Assembly (NCBI GenBank): GCA_963810465.1
Contig: CAWENM010000003.1
Span: 128,259 to 192,258, forward strand
From: an uncultured Acidobacteriota bacterium
GTDB lineage: Bacteria > Actinomycetota > Acidimicrobiia > Spongiisociales > ZC4RG35
Length of the DNA: 64,000 nt
Direction of reading: 5' to 3'
In this document: piece by piece, positions 60,873 to 64,000 of the stretch
Layout of the letters: the number at the start of each line of letters is the position of its first letter
Numbering within the stretch: position 1 is the stretch's first letter
The notes under the pieces: model-generated
What the model was told of the DNA's origin: nothing
The model's database searches: none
Seen by the model: the letters and a program-made list of their open reading frames with translations, nothing else
Made by a program: the position numbers and the translations under genes

Positions 60873-61700
60873 ATGACGACAGCCTTCGTCTTGGGGGGCG
60901 GGGGCCGTTGGGGGGCGGTGGAAGTCGGCATGCTCCAGGCCCTACATGAGCAAGGGATCGAGCCGGATCTGGTCTTGGGGACCTCAATCGGTGCTTTCAA
61001 TGGATCAGTTGTCGCAGATCGTCCGGGCGCCGATGGAGTCGAAGGTCTGAAGGAGCTATGGATACGGATCGCGGAGAGCGACGTCCTTCAGGGGAGCAAG
61101 ATGGCACGCGTCAAGAACGTCGCCACGCTCAGACCGGCGCTGCACGAGACATCGGAGCTGCGGGCCCTCCTCCTGAGCACACACGCTCCCGATCGTCTCA
61201 TCGAGGACCTGAGCATCCCTTTCCAGTGCGTGGCTGCATCAATCGAGAGAGCCGCCGAGCATTGGTTCACCAGCGGTCCTCTCATCGAAGCGCTCCTTGC
61301 CTCATCGGCCGTGCCGGCGCTCTTCCCGCCGGTCGAGATCGCCGGTGAGCACTTCTACGACGGAGGCCTCGTCAACTCGGTCCCTCTGGCGCGGGCTGTG
61401 GAGCTGGGCGCGACGGACATATACGTCCTCCAGGTAGGTCGCATAGAGTCGCCGCTCCGTCCGCCGCAGCGTCTCCACGAAGCTGCCCTCATCTCATTCG
61501 AGATCGCCCGTCGTCATACCTACCACACGGCTGTCGCCAACCTGCCAGACGGGATTGGCCTTCATCTCCTGCCGTCGGGGAACCCCGTTGCCTTCGATGA
61601 TGCCCGGCAGCTGAAATGGAGGGACGTGAGCTCGACCATCGGGCTCATCGATGGCGCATACGCCGCGTCGAAGGCCTACCTGGAAGGGGAGCGCTCATGA
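60873..61700 (+). CDS. patatin-like phospholipase
   Basis: Oxyanion GGGGRWG, nucleophile GTSIGA (GxSxG), DGG dyad (YDGGLVN). Confidence 0.9.
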   Translation: MTTAFVLGGGGRWGAVEVGMLQALHEQGIEPDLVLGTSIGAFNGSVVADRPGADGVEGLKELWIRIAESDVLQGSKMARVKNVATLRPALHETSELRALLLSTHAPDRLIEDLSIPFQCVAASIERAAEHWFTSGPLIEALLASSAVPALFPPVEIAGEHFYDGGLVNSVPLARAVELGATDIYVLQVGRIESPLRPPQRLHEAALISFEIARRHTYHTAVANLPDGIGLHLLPSGNPVAFDDARQLKWRDVSSTIGLIDGAYAASKAYLEGERS

Positions 61701-62728
61701 AGGTGCCTCCGCTCCCTCCGCTCTGGTTGCGACGGCTCCTGATCGATCCGGCGATCGTGCTCCTCGTGGCCCTGGCCTTGATCTCGCTCCCGGTCTGGAT
61801 CATCGGCGCCGCGTTCGTCTCCCGATATGTGCCGGGGAACTGGCGCATCCTGCGCATCGCTTGGTTCCTGTTCCTCTACATGGTCGTGGAGGCGGTGAGC
61901 CTGACCGTGATGTTCCTCACCTGGGTGTTCTCGGGTTTCGGTTGGAAGATGAGATCGCCGTTCTTCACAGAGCTGCACTACCGACTCCTCGCCTTGATGT
62001 TGAGGACGGTGATCAGGTCCGCGGAGGTCACTTTCAAGCTTCGGGTACTTCAGGAGGGTCAGCGGCAGACCACATCTGTGAACGGTGTCACCCGGTCGAT
62101 CCTTGTGCTGTCGAGACATGCCGGCCCTGGCGACTCGTTCCTCCTCATGGACGGGTTGGTCAACGGATACGGGCGCGACCCGCGCATCGTCCTCAAGGAT
62201 TTCCTGCAATGGGACCCGGCCGTCGATGTGATCCTGAACCGGCTGCCTGCCGCTTTCGTCCCGGTCGGTCGGAAAGGAGGAGAGGAGTTGATCGACGCCA
62301 TTTCCAGTCTGGCGCGCTCGATGGACGATGACGACGCATTCGTGATCTTCCCGGAAGGTGCGAATTACACCGATGGTCGGCGGGCACGTGCCATCCAGAA
62401 ATTGAGGGAGATCGGCCGCCCCGATCTCGCCGAACGCGCCGAGGATCTGAAACAAACATTGCCGCCTCGTTCGCTCGGCGTGATCACCGCACTGGCCGCG
62501 GCGCCGCAGGACTCAGACGTGTTCTTCGTGGGACACGCCGGTCTGGAGGCGTTCATCACCGCCGGCGATATCTGGAGGGCGATGCCGATGGATACGGAGG
62601 TCGAGGTGAAGATCTGGCATTTCCGCGCCGAGGACATTCCCCCACCCGAAGAGCAGGAGACCTGGCTGTATGACGTCTGGGCCGAGATCGACGACTGGAT
62701 CAGCGCCGAGTTGGCGAAGACGGGTTAA
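61697..62728 (+). CDS. PlsC-family lysophospholipid acyltransferase with N-terminal TM anchor
   Basis: HX4D motif (SRHAGPGD), FPEG motif (IFPEGANY). ATGA overlap with the patatin gene. Confidence 0.78.
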   Translation: MKVPPLPPLWLRRLLIDPAIVLLVALALISLPVWIIGAAFVSRYVPGNWRILRIAWFLFLYMVVEAVSLTVMFLTWVFSGFGWKMRSPFFTELHYRLLALMLRTVIRSAEVTFKLRVLQEGQRQTTSVNGVTRSILVLSRHAGPGDSFLLMDGLVNGYGRDPRIVLKDFLQWDPAVDVILNRLPAAFVPVGRKGGEELIDAISSLARSMDDDDAFVIFPEGANYTDGRRARAIQKLREIGRPDLAERAEDLKQTLPPRSLGVITALAAAPQDSDVFFVGHAGLEAFITAGDIWRAMPMDTEVEVKIWHFRAEDIPPPEEQETWLYDVWAEIDDWISAELAKTG

Positions 62729-62737
62729 GTTCTGGCC

Positions 62738-63256
62738 ATGTTGACGATCGTTGGCAACATCCTCTGGCTGATCCTGTGTGGCATCTGGATGGCCATCCTC
62801 TACTACATCGGGGGCCTGCTCGGATTGATCCTGATCGTCACCATCCCTCTCGGAATCCAGTCCTTCAAGCTGGGCAACTACGTCCTGTGGCCGTTCGGGA
62901 GGACCGTCGTGACGGAGCCTGGAGCGTCCGTCGTCTGGTCGGTGATAGGGAACGTGGTCTGGATCATCCTGATCGGCTGGTGGCTGGCCCTATTCCATGT
63001 CTTGCTGGCCGTCGTCTTTTTCATCACCATCATCGGGATCCCATTCGGCATCGCCAACCTGAAGCTGGCACGGCTGGCCTTGCTCCCCTTCGGGGCGACC
63101 GTGGTCACCGAGGTCCCAGCCGACATGGAGACAATCGTGGCGGTGCCCCAGCTCGGAGCGACCACCTCGCCCCAGGCCGTGCCACAGCCGGCCCCACCGA
63201 CCCCGGCTAGGTCGCCGGAGCCGCCCGAGTTCACGGGGCCGTCTTCGGCTCCATGA
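62738..63256 (+). CDS. YccF-like inner-membrane protein (tandem DUF307)
   Basis: Two repeated GNxxWxxxxGxxxAxxHxxxA...IPFG modules. Confidence 0.8.
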   Translation: MLTIVGNILWLILCGIWMAILYYIGGLLGLILIVTIPLGIQSFKLGNYVLWPFGRTVVTEPGASVVWSVIGNVVWIILIGWWLALFHVLLAVVFFITIIGIPFGIANLKLARLALLPFGATVVTEVPADMETIVAVPQLGATTSPQAVPQPAPPTPARSPEPPEFTGPSSAP

Positions 63257-64000
63257 ACGGCATCATCTTCCGAAGCTCGCGGCCCACGTCCTCGATCTGG
63301 TGGGACCGATTCGCCGCCCGTTGCTCGTAGAGGAACGGTGCTCCCTCCCGGGCCTGGGCCATCCATTCGTTGGCGAATGCGCCCGACTGTATCTCTGCAA
63401 GTGCTTGCTTCATCGCAGCCCTGGTCTCGTCCGTGATGATCCGTGAGCCACGTGTGTAGTCGCCGTATTCGGCGGTGTCGGACACCGAGTAGCGCATCCA
63501 GGAGAGACCCCCTTCGTAGAGGAGGTCGACGATGAGCTTCAGTTCGTGGAGTGTCTCGAAGTAGGCGGACTCGGGCTGATAGCCCGCTTCGACCAGTGTC
63601 TCGAAAGACGCCTTGATCAGCTCGGACACCCCGCCACAGAGGATGACCTGCTCGCCGAACAGATCGGTCTCGGTCTCCTCCTTGAAAGTGGTCTCCAGGA
63701 TGCCGGCCCTGCCCCCGCCGATGGCCGATGCGTAGCTGAGTCCGACAGCGCGGGCGTTGCCCGATGCGTCCTGATGCACGGCGAGCAGACAGGGCACACC
63801 GGACCCCTCGGTATAGGTGCGGCGGACCAGGTGTCCCGGGCCTTTGGGAGCGATCATTGCGACGTCGACGTCCTCCGGTGGGACGATCTCCCCGAAATGG
63901 ATGTTGAACCCGTGAGCGAAGAGCAGCGTGTCGCCGGAATCGAGGTTGGGCTCGACCGACTCGGCGTAGATGACCCCCATGATCTGGTCTGGGACCAGCA
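63231..64000 (-). CDS. ilvC: ketol-acid reductoisomerase, 5' end truncated by window edge
   Basis: KARI C-terminal domain (…[11 protein letters not shown]…[20 protein letters not shown]…). The ORF continues beyond 64000. Confidence 0.9.
   Translation of the reverse strand, partial: LVPDQIMGVIYAESVEPNLDSGDTLLFAHGFNIHFGEIVPPEDVDVAMIAPKGPGHLVRRTYTEGSGVPCLLAVHQDASGNARAVGLSYASAIGGGRAGILETTFKEETETDLFGEQVILCGGVSELIKASFETLVEAGYQPESAYFETLHELKLIVDLLYEGGLSWMRYSVSDTAEYGDYTRGSRIITDETRAAMKQALAEIQSGAFANEWMAQAREGAPFLYEQRAANRSHQIEDVGRELRKMMPFMEPKTAP

Overview
This is a high-GC (about 65-70%) actinobacterial chromosome segment, Acidimicrobiia-like. The first ~29 kb is a very conserved housekeeping stretch that keeps the ancient Firmicute-like order. 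On the minus strand at the left edge is a truncated family-5 ABC substrate-binding protein that the ORF track omits. The order then runs leuS, DUF4157, PPK2(-), comEA-comEC-folP-like-holA, rpsT(-), lepA-hemW-hrcA-dnaJ-rsmE-XRE-phoH-pgpH-ybeY-corC-era, phhB(-), recO-uppS-glyQS-yceI-dnaG-sigma70. A tRNA-Asn(GUU) at 29.8 kb carries a 47-nt direct repeat of its 3' half 1.4 kb downstream, which looks like the footprint of an integrase-less att site. The repeat opens an accessory region (31.3-36.6 kb). That region holds an aldo-keto reductase, a secreted CAP/PR-1 plus FG-GAP propeller protein, small membrane proteins, an NTF2-like protein and a coiled-coil M23 peptidase. The peptidase is preceded by two tandem copies of a conserved strong promoter plus 5' stem-loop module driving long structured leaders. 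I read these as a candidate ydaO/c-di-AMP-class riboswitch or a novel sRNA. Next comes a trifunctional chorismate mutase-prephenate dehydratase-DAHP synthase fusion, preceded by a Phe-rich leader peptide whose coding region can sequester the downstream Shine-Dalgarno (SD) sequence. A minus-strand ilvB-ilvN-[Leu leader peptide]-leuA(short)-leuB-leuC-leuD operon follows, with a second BCAA leader peptide plus an intrinsic terminator upstream of ilvB. After that is a GlcNAc/chitooligosaccharide utilisation locus (two ROK proteins, ABC importer, GH3, a minimal NagA, a SIS isomerase). The right end carries DUF4032, msiK, frameshifted GH1 and GNAT genes, a patatin-PlsC-YccF lipid-remodelling trio and a truncated ilvC. 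A REP-like palindromic repeat family (TTCTGGCGCG...CGCGCCAAAA) occurs three times. I found no CRISPR, transposase or obvious defence system. The ORF track is not exhaustive at window edges and includes many antisense high-GC artefact ORFs. Coordinates were derived by hand and may be off by 1-3 nt.
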